Assembly: GCA_028711705.1 (NCBI GenBank)
Contig: JAQTRS010000002.1
Coordinates: forward strand, 137,617-201,616
DNA: 64,000 nt
Source of the DNA: Candidatus Moraniibacteriota bacterium
GTDB taxonomy: Bacteria; Patescibacteriota; Minisyncoccia; Moranbacterales; UBA1568
Direction of reading: 5' to 3'
Position 1 is the stretch's first letter, and every line of letters starts with the position of its first letter. The position numbers were made by a program, and so were the translations under genes. The notes under the pieces were generated by a model. That model searched no databases. It was given only the letters and a program-made list of their open reading frames with translations, and was not told the origin of the DNA. Below are positions 1 through 8,273 of the stretch, piece after piece.

Positions 1-2448
1 GATACTCGCGTCGCGGCCATAGCGAAGGCGAGAGAGTTCTTTGAGGTAATGCCCTAGCTCGATATCGCCCCGGACGGGCGCATAGGTTTTCATATTGAAA
101 GGCCTCGTGAGTTCATTGTTCATGAGAAGACGCGCGAAACAATTCCGGTTATCGACATTGACCAGATCCTGGGATGTGAAGACAGGCGCGAACTGCTTTT
201 CCAGGAACTCGGCATCCTCGGGTCCGACCCGGAATACCACGAGCGACCCGACGTTCCCGAACACCGCCTTGGAAATCTCCTCCTTGAGCTGTCCGATGAA
301 CTGATGCGCGAGCGTGAGAATCAAGCGATACTTGCGGGCCTCGGAAAGGATCTGCGCGATGGAATTGGTCGTCACGTTCTGGAACTCATCCAGATAGACA
401 TAGAAGTCTTTGCGTTCGTCCTCGGGAATATCCGTTCGCGAAAGCGCGCCCATCAGGATCTTCCCCACGATGACCATGCCCAATAAGCGGGCATTGATCT
501 CACCGAGCTTTCCCTTGGAAAGATTCACTAAAAGAATCTTACCATCATCCATCAGCTGACGGAAATTGACCGTGCTTTTCTGCTGGGAAATAATCGGACG
601 CATCATATCATTGGAAGTGAAGGTCGTGAGTTTGGAGGTAATATAGGGAACCATATTGGCCAAGGCTGCCTCGCCGCCAGCCTTTTCCGCCTCCTTCGTC
701 CAAAAATCCACCACGGTCGGATTAGTGCAATGCGAAAGCTTCATCTTGCGGAAATCGGGATCCGCCAACACCTTGGAAATCTCCATCAGCGTCGAGCCGC
801 TCTTCGGATGATCCATGATCAAAAGCATAGCGTTGCGCATATACTGCTCGAACATCGGACCTCCCGTCGCCTTCAGGTCGTACAACTGATCGAAGATGCC
901 TATCATCTCATTGATAACGAAGGTCTTCTGCTCCGGGTGCGCCGGGTCGTATTCGAGCAAATTCAAACCGAACGGCCGCTCCATATCGGACGGATCGAAA
1001 ACAATCACGTCTTCGGCGCGTTCTTTGGGAATAGACATCAGGATGTCCTCGATAGCATCGCCGTGCGGATCGATAAAGCAGAATCCCTTACCGGAAGCGG
1101 CATCTTTCTTGGCTAATTCCTGCAAGAACACCGACTTTCCGACACCCGTCTGCCCCACCACATACATATGCCGGCGCCTGTCGACATCGGTGATCCTGAT
1201 ATCCACCTGCGAGCCACGGTAGTCATTATACCCGAGCGATATCCCCTCCTTCGGGATATTGACCGGCGGCGGAGCAGCCCCCGCTTTGAGCCATTTTATC
1301 TTCGGCGTTTCGGTGGTCGAGATGGGCAGATGGAAAAAGCTGGCAACCTCTTCCGTGGTCAGTATCATCGCATCATCCTCGTCAAAATTACGGAAAATAT
1401 AGTCATACACGATCTCCTTCATCACACGACCCTTCTTGCGATTCTTGACCTGGAAATGATTGACGCCATGATTCTCAAACTGGGAAAAGGCATTCTCCAT
1501 ATGCCCCAAAATCTCATCCGCGCGATACTGAGTAGCGGCAGAGGTGATCAATCGCACGTTCACCGAGAAGGCGGACTTACTGGATTTGGCATCGATAGAC
1601 TTCACTAATTCCTGCTCCTCCGGTGTCAGCTGGATCACCTTTTCGCTTTCACCAAGCTTCTCTTTTTTCCTGGAAGAAAAAACGGCCTGAAACACCCCCT
1701 TGGTCAGTTCGGCACCGATTTCGCTTGCCAGCGATTGATGCGCATACTTGAGCTGCTTGCCCTGTTGCATCTTGTGAGCGATCCGCTTGCCGAGCTTGCG
1801 CCATTCTAAACTTGCTGGGACCAGCACGATCTGAATCACCGCACCTTCCTCTATCGTATCGAGCTTGCTTAAAGAATTTGAAATCTCATTAAGCGGATCG
1901 ACTTCGAGCGACTTATACGTTTTGAGCGGCAGCGCATAGATATTCTTGAGCCCGAGCGTGGAAACGGACGTGAAGCTCTTCGGAGAAAAAATCGTATAGT
2001 CGGTGATCTTTTCGACGGAAGCGTTGGGAAAGAAGCTATGGATTTGCTTTTCGATGCTTTCCCGGAACTTCTTGGGCACGGCCATATAAAAAAGAATCTC
2101 TTCACTCGTCGACGGATTCGCGAGCTCGAAGACGATCTGCGGAGCATGGTACAAAAGACGCTTGAACCACGAGACGGTATTCTTCATATTGGAAAGCGAT
2201 CCCAGGAATTGTTCCATGGAACCGATTTCCTCGCGCCACTCGTCCGGCTTCACGATATCGTCTTTCTTCTTATTGATCTTGCTGATCTTGATCATCTCAA
2301 GATCCATATTGAGCGAACGATTCAATTCGAATCGGAAACGAAAGAAGCTGTGCACTATCAAAAAAAGTCCGCTCAGCAGGAAGACGGCGGCACAGGCAAT
2401 CGTCAGCGGGACGAGAAAAGTGTTCAAATCAAGGTTTTCTGCACTCAT
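1..2448 (-). CDS. Type IV coupling-protein-like P-loop ATPase (TrwB/TraD/VirD4 family), 3' end outside window
   Basis: Manual minus-strand translation is open from ATG (complement 2446-2448) to position 1; it is absent from the ORF track because no in-window stop exists. N-terminal TM helix (LVPLTIACAAVFLLSGLFLIV). Walker A HMYVVGQTGVGKSVFLQEL followed by GFCFIDPHGD (TrwB-like ivDPnGD). Walker B FYVYLDEFQN. C-terminal ARKYRLILTLAHQFIGQL. Confidence 0.6.
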   Translation of the reverse strand, partial: MSAENLDLNTFLVPLTIACAAVFLLSGLFLIVHSFFRFRFELNRSLNMDLEMIKISKINKKKDDIVKPDEWREEIGSMEQFLGSLSNMKNTVSWFKRLLYHAPQIVFELANPSTSEEILFYMAVPKKFRESIEKQIHSFFPNASVEKITDYTIFSPKSFTSVSTLGLKNIYALPLKTYKSLEVDPLNEISNSLSKLDTIEEGAVIQIVLVPASLEWRKLGKRIAHKMQQGKQLKYAHQSLASEIGAELTKGVFQAVFSSRKKEKLGESEKVIQLTPEEQELVKSIDAKSSKSAFSVNVRLITSAATQYRADEILGHMENAFSQFENHGVNHFQVKNRKKGRVMKEIVYDYIFRNFDEDDAMILTTEEVASFFHLPISTTETPKIKWLKAGAAPPPVNIPKEGISLGYNDYRGSQVDIRITDVDRRRHMYVVGQTGVGKSVFLQELAKKDAASGKGFCFIDPHGDAIEDILMSIPKERAEDVIVFDPSDMERPFGLNLLEYDPAHPEQKTFVINEMIGIFDQLYDLKATGGPMFEQYMRNAMLLIMDHPKSGSTLMEISKVLADPDFRKMKLSHCTNPTVVDFWTKEAEKAGGEAALANMVPYITSKLTTFTSNDMMRPIISQQKSTVNFRQLMDDGKILLVNLSKGKLGEINARLLGMVIVGKILMGALSRTDIPEDERKDFYVYLDEFQNVTTNSIAQILSEARKYRLILTLAHQFIGQLKEEISKAVFGNVGSLVVFRVGPEDAEFLEKQFAPVFTSQDLVNVDNRNCFARLLMNNELTRPFNMKTYAPVRGDIELGHYLKELSRLRYGRDASI

Positions 2449-2495
2449 TGTTTTTGTTTTTAGGGAGGATGCGCGTATGTTTCGACTTCCTTTGG

Positions 2496-2918
2496 TTACT
2501 CCGCTATCAATCCGTTCTGCTTGAGGGATTCATAAAACTTATTCGCCAAATCGTCATGCATCTGATCAAGAACGTAGAAATCATTCAGACGTCGAGCGAC
2601 CTTGACGGCATGCACCACGCCTTTCGCGACGGCCAGATCCACCAGCTGCGCTACCTTGGAATCGGCATCCGTCTGAAGAGCGACCTTGTCGGCATCCTGA
2701 TGGATAGCATCATCATGAGCTCCGGTGCTTGGCAGGGCCGTAAGGATACGCTGATACAAGATCTCGCTTTCGCTTTTCACATCCGTCACCTTCTCAGCTG
2801 AAAATTCGGGCGTGCCGATATTCTCGAGCGTATTCCCGCTCATCCCTTCCAGCACGTGACGTTCCTTGGCAGCACTCCCTTCGATCGGTTCGGTGTAGGC
2901 ATTTTTTTCTTCAGGCAT
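2496..2918 (-). CDS. hypothetical protein (140 aa), same operon as the ATPase
   Basis: ORF track; co-directional and tightly spaced between 2935..3237 and the ATPase start; no recognisable motif. Confidence 0.4.
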   Translation of the reverse strand: MPEEKNAYTEPIEGSAAKERHVLEGMSGNTLENIGTPEFSAEKVTDVKSESEILYQRILTALPSTGAHDDAIHQDADKVALQTDADSKVAQLVDLAVAKGVVHAVKVARRLNDFYVLDQMHDDLANKFYESLKQNGLIAE

Positions 2919-2934
2919 AGGTATGGATTTCAGT

Positions 2935-3237
2935 TTATTTATCTCCCTTCATCTCCGACTTGAATTCAGCAACAATCTTTTCTACCATCGCATCATAATC
3001 GGCAATCCTACTCTTTATGAAAGCTTCTATTTCGGTTTGTTCCGGCTTCTGCTCGAGCAGCTTCTCATACTCATCCATGCCGGTCTCGCCGAGGTTCTCC
3101 ATCGTATCGACAAAAATCCGTTTCATGAGAACTTCCGTCATATTGCCAAGGATCTCATCCTGCTTCTGCATCGGCAGTACGCCCAAATCGAATTCATCGA
3201 TAAGCTCCTGTCTGAGTTGTTCGTATTGTAGTGCCAT
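2935..3237 (-). CDS. small acidic helical protein (100 aa), hypothetical
   Basis: ORF track; 18-nt gap to downstream ORF; acidic, Glu/Lys-rich helical composition. Confidence 0.45.
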   Translation of the reverse strand: MALQYEQLRQELIDEFDLGVLPMQKQDEILGNMTEVLMKRIFVDTMENLGETGMDEYEKLLEQKPEQTEIEAFIKSRIADYDAMVEKIVAEFKSEMKGDK

Positions 3238-3273
3238 ATGATAGGGAAATAATGATTGATTACTCGTGTTGTC

Positions 3274-6200
3274 TTATGCTTTCGCGGCATTGACGGCATT
3301 CGCCACCTTGGCAACCCATTGAAGCATCGTCTTATCCGGATCGATCTTGGGCATATTCTCGCCCAATGCTCCCGCATACTTCGCCATGACCGCCAGGACT
3401 TTCTTATACTGCCCGGATTGATCGGCCCGAATCTGCTCAAGTGTAAGGTTCTTCATGTCCTGCCAGACACTCTGTTTCCCTCCGGCCAATTCGCCCATAA
3501 GCCCATGAGGAGTCGCGAGACGGATAATTTCCGCATTTTGCTCGGCTGTCAATCCGACGCCACTCATTTCGAATTCTCCGGTATGCATATTCATCTCCGG
3601 CACGGCTGCTTGCGCAGTATCCGCCGAATGCTTGACGACCTCCGCATTTCCGAACACATCGGTCGGTTGCGCCGAGAAACTTTCAGAAGCAGGCCCGTAT
3701 CCGAATACATCGGTCGGTACGGACGCTGTTTGAGGCTCAACATGTCCTGCCACAACTCCTGCATGATGCTCCATCAGATTGACGGCCGATGCCATGACTT
3801 TGGAATGTATGACAGTAGAATGGTCGGCGACCGCGCGCCCGATATTTTTGGTAATGTCTTCTATATGCAGTCCATTGGCCGACAAAGCTATCTTTTCTCC
3901 ACCCACCACATGATCAAGACTTTCCAGCGTCACGCCGGCGTGATCGTGCACATAATCTATCACCATCCTGTGTGCCATCTTTCCGGCTTCCAATTTATCA
4001 TGGCCGCTTGCCACCAAATGATGGATAAGCTGTCCTTCAATACTTTGCCCCGTACCGGCCTGGATAGCAAGTTCGATCGGCTTTTCCATGTGCTCCGTCG
4101 CATTTTCCACAATAGCCCTTGCAAGCGGAGCATTCTCTATCGGCGGCATCGATGCGGTCGGCGATACCTCGGCCGCCGAACCGAACACCTGGAATTTCTC
4201 CATCAGATACTGAGGCGCCCCGAAACCGAGGAAGGCACCTGCCGCAAAACCGGCCGCCGTGCTGCGGGTACGGCTTTTCATCATACTATTGAGCTTGGTG
4301 TCGATAGTCCCGACACTGACGGCCAGACGCTCCTGTACCTGACGTATCATATCCTCAGGGTTCTGTGTGAAGGCCATTTCTTTTTGCGCATCACGGATAC
4401 TGGCATCGAATTCTTTTTGGGAAGTTTTCTGAGATCGATCCTCACCGAATTGGAAAATGCCTCGGCCAGCGACCGCGCCGCCGAATCCACGACGCGCCAA
4501 GAAAGCGGCACTGGCGGCTCCCGCACCCACGGTCATGCCCAATGCGGCACCACCAGCTATCATAACCGCTGAAAAAGCAAGGCGTTCCTTCAAGGATAAT
4601 CCACGATACCAATCCACCGTCTTTTGGACGGCGCCCATCATCCAATCCGGTGTTTTCACATTAACCCGGGCATCATACACATTGACCCGTTCCTGCACTT
4701 CGATCTCCCTCAATACCTCCACGAGATTTTTCTTCAGAAGCTCCTCAGAAGAGCCGCTCTGTATGCGCGCCATCTCCAAACGAGCATTGGTATAGTCCGT
4801 CAGGGCGGACTGATAAGCCTCCTTCATCGCGATCACGTCCTCGTCGATATCCTTAAAGAGATTCTTGCCGAAGAAGCGGCGTACCTTATCCCGGGCGGTC
4901 GTCTGCTTATAATCCATCCGCACATACTCCGATCGAGCAGCGTCCACATGTGCCTTCATCAGCGCAATCTCTTCAATCTGATCATCAAGCAAGAATTCTT
5001 CTACGGATACTTTTCCTCCGAATAGCTGCTCATTCGAAACGGCTTCATTCTCGGTAAGTTCCTTTTCCGATACCGCATGACCAACCATTTCTTCGCTGTC
5101 TGACTCAAGCTCCTGACTTCCTTGCACCCCTTCTTCCTTATCGGCAGCCGGTTTGAGTGTTTCGTCTTGCGCGGAGAGATTTTCCATCGCTTCATGAACA
5201 GGAGCATCCGTACCCTGTTGCGATTCCAAAAGCTCCGCTGCCGTCATCAATGAAACTACCTCACCAGCCGTTTCTTTTTTCACACCGGCTTCCTGATCAG
5301 TCACCCCGGACACCTGCTCCATCTTTTCAGTCTCCTCGTGTTCAGGCTGGCTGTCCACAATCGCCTCAGGCACCGCCGCAACATCCTCAAACGGCTCCTT
5401 CTGCATTTGGTGTGCTTTCAGTTCCGCAGCCAAAACACCCGGGAGATTCCTTGCTACCGTTTTGGAATGCGGAGCCTTATCCAATCCGAGAGAAGTCATC
5501 ACTGTTTGAATGTCACCACCCTCGATAACTTGCACTGCAGCCCGCCTGATATTGTCGGATAACTGAGTTATATATTTTTCTGTCTTGTGCGCTCCTTTGA
5601 ATTTCACGAGATGTCCCTGCGACAAATACGCCCGCAATTCATCGCTTTTCGGTTCAAAGGCCTGTATCGCTTCAACATCCTCTTCACGAACTTCAGGGGC
5701 ATCCGTATCGGCCACGATGATTTCCTTTTGGACCGAAGTCTTCTTGACACCCTGCTCCGAAACAGTCTTTTCAAAAGGACTCTTCGTAGCATCGGACGCC
5801 TCCATAGCGGAAGATACCACTTCTTTTATCGCCGTCTGGTCATCAGAATTCACCTTATCTTCCAATGCACTGACAGATGATTCATCTGTTGTCGCCTGCT
5901 CCAGTAATGTCGATCCACCTTCCGGGATGATTCTTTCGGTAACGATGCTTCCATCTGCGCTCACAGTGGGTTCTTTTTCCACGGCAACTTTTCCGGACAT
6001 AGCAGGAAGACTGTCTTCGATACCCTGGATAGTGAAAGGGACGAAGGCGGACGTTTCAGATTTTTCCTGATTCCCTTGCGCATCCAAAGTCACCTTGTGT
6101 CCGCGCCTTGCCAGTGTCGCTAGCTTGAGCCGAAGCCCTTGTAATTCCACGTAAGCACCGAACCGATCCGCAGGAAATTCCTGAAGCGCGTCCTTGCCGT

Positions 6201-6528
6201 CCCTGGACCGCACCAAAAACGTATCACTTGGCGCGTCGTACTGGGCGATCACATCTTTTGTTCCGTCTATATTCACAAGCGCCACCGGCTTGCCACCATT
6301 CGCCTTCAATCCCAAAACGATGCTTGCGGCCGATTCGGCAGACCGACTCCTCGCATACAAATCCATCAATTGCTCATCCGTTTTATTAAGATCGATGGCC
6401 TTCACATCGGGAAGATTGCTTTCCGATGTCGCAGGAACATCCTCAGCTGTCTTTATTTTAAGATCATGCAATAACGGTCCCAATAGATCCGCCATCGTTC
6501 CGTGTACTGGCTTCGTTTTTTCCGACAT
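3274..6528 (-). CDS. large acidic membrane protein (1084 aa), hypothetical
   Basis: ORF track. Two Gly/Ala-rich hydrophobic hairpins mid-protein (LAFSAVMIAGGAALGMTVGAGAASAAFLARRGFGGAVAG; TAAGFAAGAFLGFGAPQYL), long acidic low-complexity N-terminal half, internal tandem PTDVFG repeat. First gene of the operon ending in the coupling ATPase. Confidence 0.6.
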   Translation of the reverse strand: MSEKTKPVHGTMADLLGPLLHDLKIKTAEDVPATSESNLPDVKAIDLNKTDEQLMDLYARSRSAESAASIVLGLKANGGKPVALVNIDGTKDVIAQYDAPSDTFLVRSRDGKDALQEFPADRFGAYVELQGLRLKLATLARRGHKVTLDAQGNQEKSETSAFVPFTIQGIEDSLPAMSGKVAVEKEPTVSADGSIVTERIIPEGGSTLLEQATTDESSVSALEDKVNSDDQTAIKEVVSSAMEASDATKSPFEKTVSEQGVKKTSVQKEIIVADTDAPEVREEDVEAIQAFEPKSDELRAYLSQGHLVKFKGAHKTEKYITQLSDNIRRAAVQVIEGGDIQTVMTSLGLDKAPHSKTVARNLPGVLAAELKAHQMQKEPFEDVAAVPEAIVDSQPEHEETEKMEQVSGVTDQEAGVKKETAGEVVSLMTAAELLESQQGTDAPVHEAMENLSAQDETLKPAADKEEGVQGSQELESDSEEMVGHAVSEKELTENEAVSNEQLFGGKVSVEEFLLDDQIEEIALMKAHVDAARSEYVRMDYKQTTARDKVRRFFGKNLFKDIDEDVIAMKEAYQSALTDYTNARLEMARIQSGSSEELLKKNLVEVLREIEVQERVNVYDARVNVKTPDWMMGAVQKTVDWYRGLSLKERLAFSAVMIAGGAALGMTVGAGAASAAFLARRGFGGAVAGRGIFQFGEDRSQKTSQKEFDASIRDAQKEMAFTQNPEDMIRQVQERLAVSVGTIDTKLNSMMKSRTRSTAAGFAAGAFLGFGAPQYLMEKFQVFGSAAEVSPTASMPPIENAPLARAIVENATEHMEKPIELAIQAGTGQSIEGQLIHHLVASGHDKLEAGKMAHRMVIDYVHDHAGVTLESLDHVVGGEKIALSANGLHIEDITKNIGRAVADHSTVIHSKVMASAVNLMEHHAGVVAGHVEPQTASVPTDVFGYGPASESFSAQPTDVFGNAEVVKHSADTAQAAVPEMNMHTGEFEMSGVGLTAEQNAEIIRLATPHGLMGELAGGKQSVWQDMKNLTLEQIRADQSGQYKKVLAVMAKYAGALGENMPKIDPDKTMLQWVAKVANAVNAAKA

Positions 6529-6575
6529 ACTTTTATTTTTGAAAATCTACATCCATGAAGAAAATCTATGCTATA

Positions 6576-6603
6576 ATTGTAACATAGAACCAAGAGGCGT
6601 CAA
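6576..6603 (-). promoter_or_regulatory. sigma70-like promoter for the 3274..6528 operon (TTGACG-N16-TACAAT on minus strand)
   Basis: Minus-strand -35 TTGACG (plus 6598-6603), 16-bp spacer, -10 TACAAT (plus 6576-6581), about 50 nt upstream of the ATG at 6528. Confidence 0.3.
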
Positions 6604-6633
6604 ACAAAATAAGTCAAAGAAAAATACACAACT

Positions 6634-8259
6634 ATGCACGTACCGAACCAATCCGCCGTCAGGCTTATGAGCCTGGCATGCCTTGTTGTCATACTCTCGC
6701 TCGCCCTCTTCCTGCGTGCGTATAATATCGAAAATATCCCAACCGGGCTCTATCCGGACGAGGCCGTCAATGCGACCGATGCCCTGCACGCGCTCAAAAC
6801 CCATCACTTCAAACTCTTCTACGAAAATAACCAGGGCCGTGAGGGATTGTTCATTAACCTGCAGGCATTGGCGCTTGGCGTATTGGGCGTCAGTGTGTTC
6901 GCGCTCAAATTCTGGTCGATAGTGTTTGGCACCCTCACCGTCTTAGGGATGTACCTTTTTGCCAAAGAAATCTGGCAAAAGCGCTCTATCGCCCTTATAA
7001 CAGCATATTTTACCGCCATCTCCTTTTGGGCCATCAACTTTTCCCGCATCGGATTCCGAGCCATCATGGTGCCGTTCATCCTCTCTTTCTCTTTTTATTT
7101 CTTCTTCCGCGGGCTTCGCACCAAAAGCTTCATAAGCTTCGCGCTATCCGGCTTCATTTTCGCCCTCGGCCTCCACACCTATATCGCCTTCCGCCTTACT
7201 CCGCTCATCCTCATCTTCTTCCTCATCGGACTCATGCTCTCCTATGAAAATTTCCTCAAGCTCTATTGGAAACACGCCCTCACCTTCATCTTCTTCGCCT
7301 TCATAGCGGCCGTGCCGATGTTTTTCGATTTCTCTGCGCATCCCGAGCATTTCAATTCACGGGCCGCCCATGTCTCCATCTTCTCTCCCGAGATAAACCA
7401 TGGCAATTTCTGGGGAACACTCACCAAAACACTGGGACTGAGCCTTATCAAATACAACTTTGTCGGCGATCAGAATTGGCGCCACAACTATCCTCCCTAC
7501 GCGATTCTCGATCCCATTACCGGCATCGCCTTCCTGGTCGGGTTTCTCTACCTCATCCCCCGTACCGTAAAGCTCCTCGTCAGACGATTGAGGGACAAGG
7601 ACCGCAACAAGGAGCTCGCGCTCAATTTCCTGTTCATCGGGTGGTTTTTCACTATGCTGATGCCGGAATTCCTCACCGATGAGGGGCTGCCGCATGCCCT
7701 TCGGGCTATCGGCACCATCCCGGTCGTTTTCCTGATCGCTTCCACACCCTTTCTGTGGATAGGTGAACGTCTCAGATCAGCACAGCCCGGCATGAAAGTC
7801 ATCATCCTTTCCTTCATCGCCTTCACTCTCATCGGAACCGGCGTCTTCAACGGCGTCAAATATCTCATCTTCTACGCTAACAATCCCAAGCAACACGAAG
7901 CCTTCAATGAAAACTACAAGAATATGGCCCAATACCTCCTGGCACTGCCGGTCGAGGTGAAAAAATATGTCTATGTCAGCTCCGGCGGCATCCTCCCTGA
8001 AAACAACCTGCCCATCGCCGCCCAACCCATCACGTTCTTCACCTACCGAAAGGATATCAATCTATCTTTCATCCTTCCGAACGCGGACGCTCCCGAAGGA
8101 ACACTCAATATTCAGGCGCCATCGACTATCGTGCTCATGAATAACGACGAGGACTTCATCTCATCGGTCCAAACACAGTTCCCGCACACCGTACAAGAAA
8201 CCGTCGACCTCCATCCCGGTTTCAAAAGCGAATTCCGAGTCCTTCACGTTGTCCAATAA
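6634..8259 (+). CDS. GT-C family membrane glycosyltransferase (PMT_2/ArnT-like, phospholipid-carrier-dependent)
   Basis: ORF track; polytopic membrane protein; N-terminal loop DE motif (GLYPDEAVNATD) typical of the ArnT/PMT (GT39/GT83) family. Confidence 0.6.
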   Translation: MHVPNQSAVRLMSLACLVVILSLALFLRAYNIENIPTGLYPDEAVNATDALHALKTHHFKLFYENNQGREGLFINLQALALGVLGVSVFALKFWSIVFGTLTVLGMYLFAKEIWQKRSIALITAYFTAISFWAINFSRIGFRAIMVPFILSFSFYFFFRGLRTKSFISFALSGFIFALGLHTYIAFRLTPLILIFFLIGLMLSYENFLKLYWKHALTFIFFAFIAAVPMFFDFSAHPEHFNSRAAHVSIFSPEINHGNFWGTLTKTLGLSLIKYNFVGDQNWRHNYPPYAILDPITGIAFLVGFLYLIPRTVKLLVRRLRDKDRNKELALNFLFIGWFFTMLMPEFLTDEGLPHALRAIGTIPVVFLIASTPFLWIGERLRSAQPGMKVIILSFIAFTLIGTGVFNGVKYLIFYANNPKQHEAFNENYKNMAQYLLALPVEVKKYVYVSSGGILPENNLPIAAQPITFFTYRKDINLSFILPNADAPEGTLNIQAPSTIVLMNNDEDFISSVQTQFPHTVQETVDLHPGFKSEFRVLHVVQ

Positions 8260-8273
8260 TTTTCCCCATTCCT

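Noticed and set aside
95-1608. Several 60-146-aa plus-strand ORFs at the window start
   Set aside because: They overlap the continuous minus-strand frame of the coupling-ATPase gene, which has clear Walker A/B motifs, and are spurious.
3256-4572. 438-aa plus-strand ORF, and others at 4457-6070
   Set aside because: Antisense to the 1084-aa minus-strand gene. Composition is Arg/His/Cys-rich and nonsensical. The minus-strand frame is continuous and starts at a promoter.
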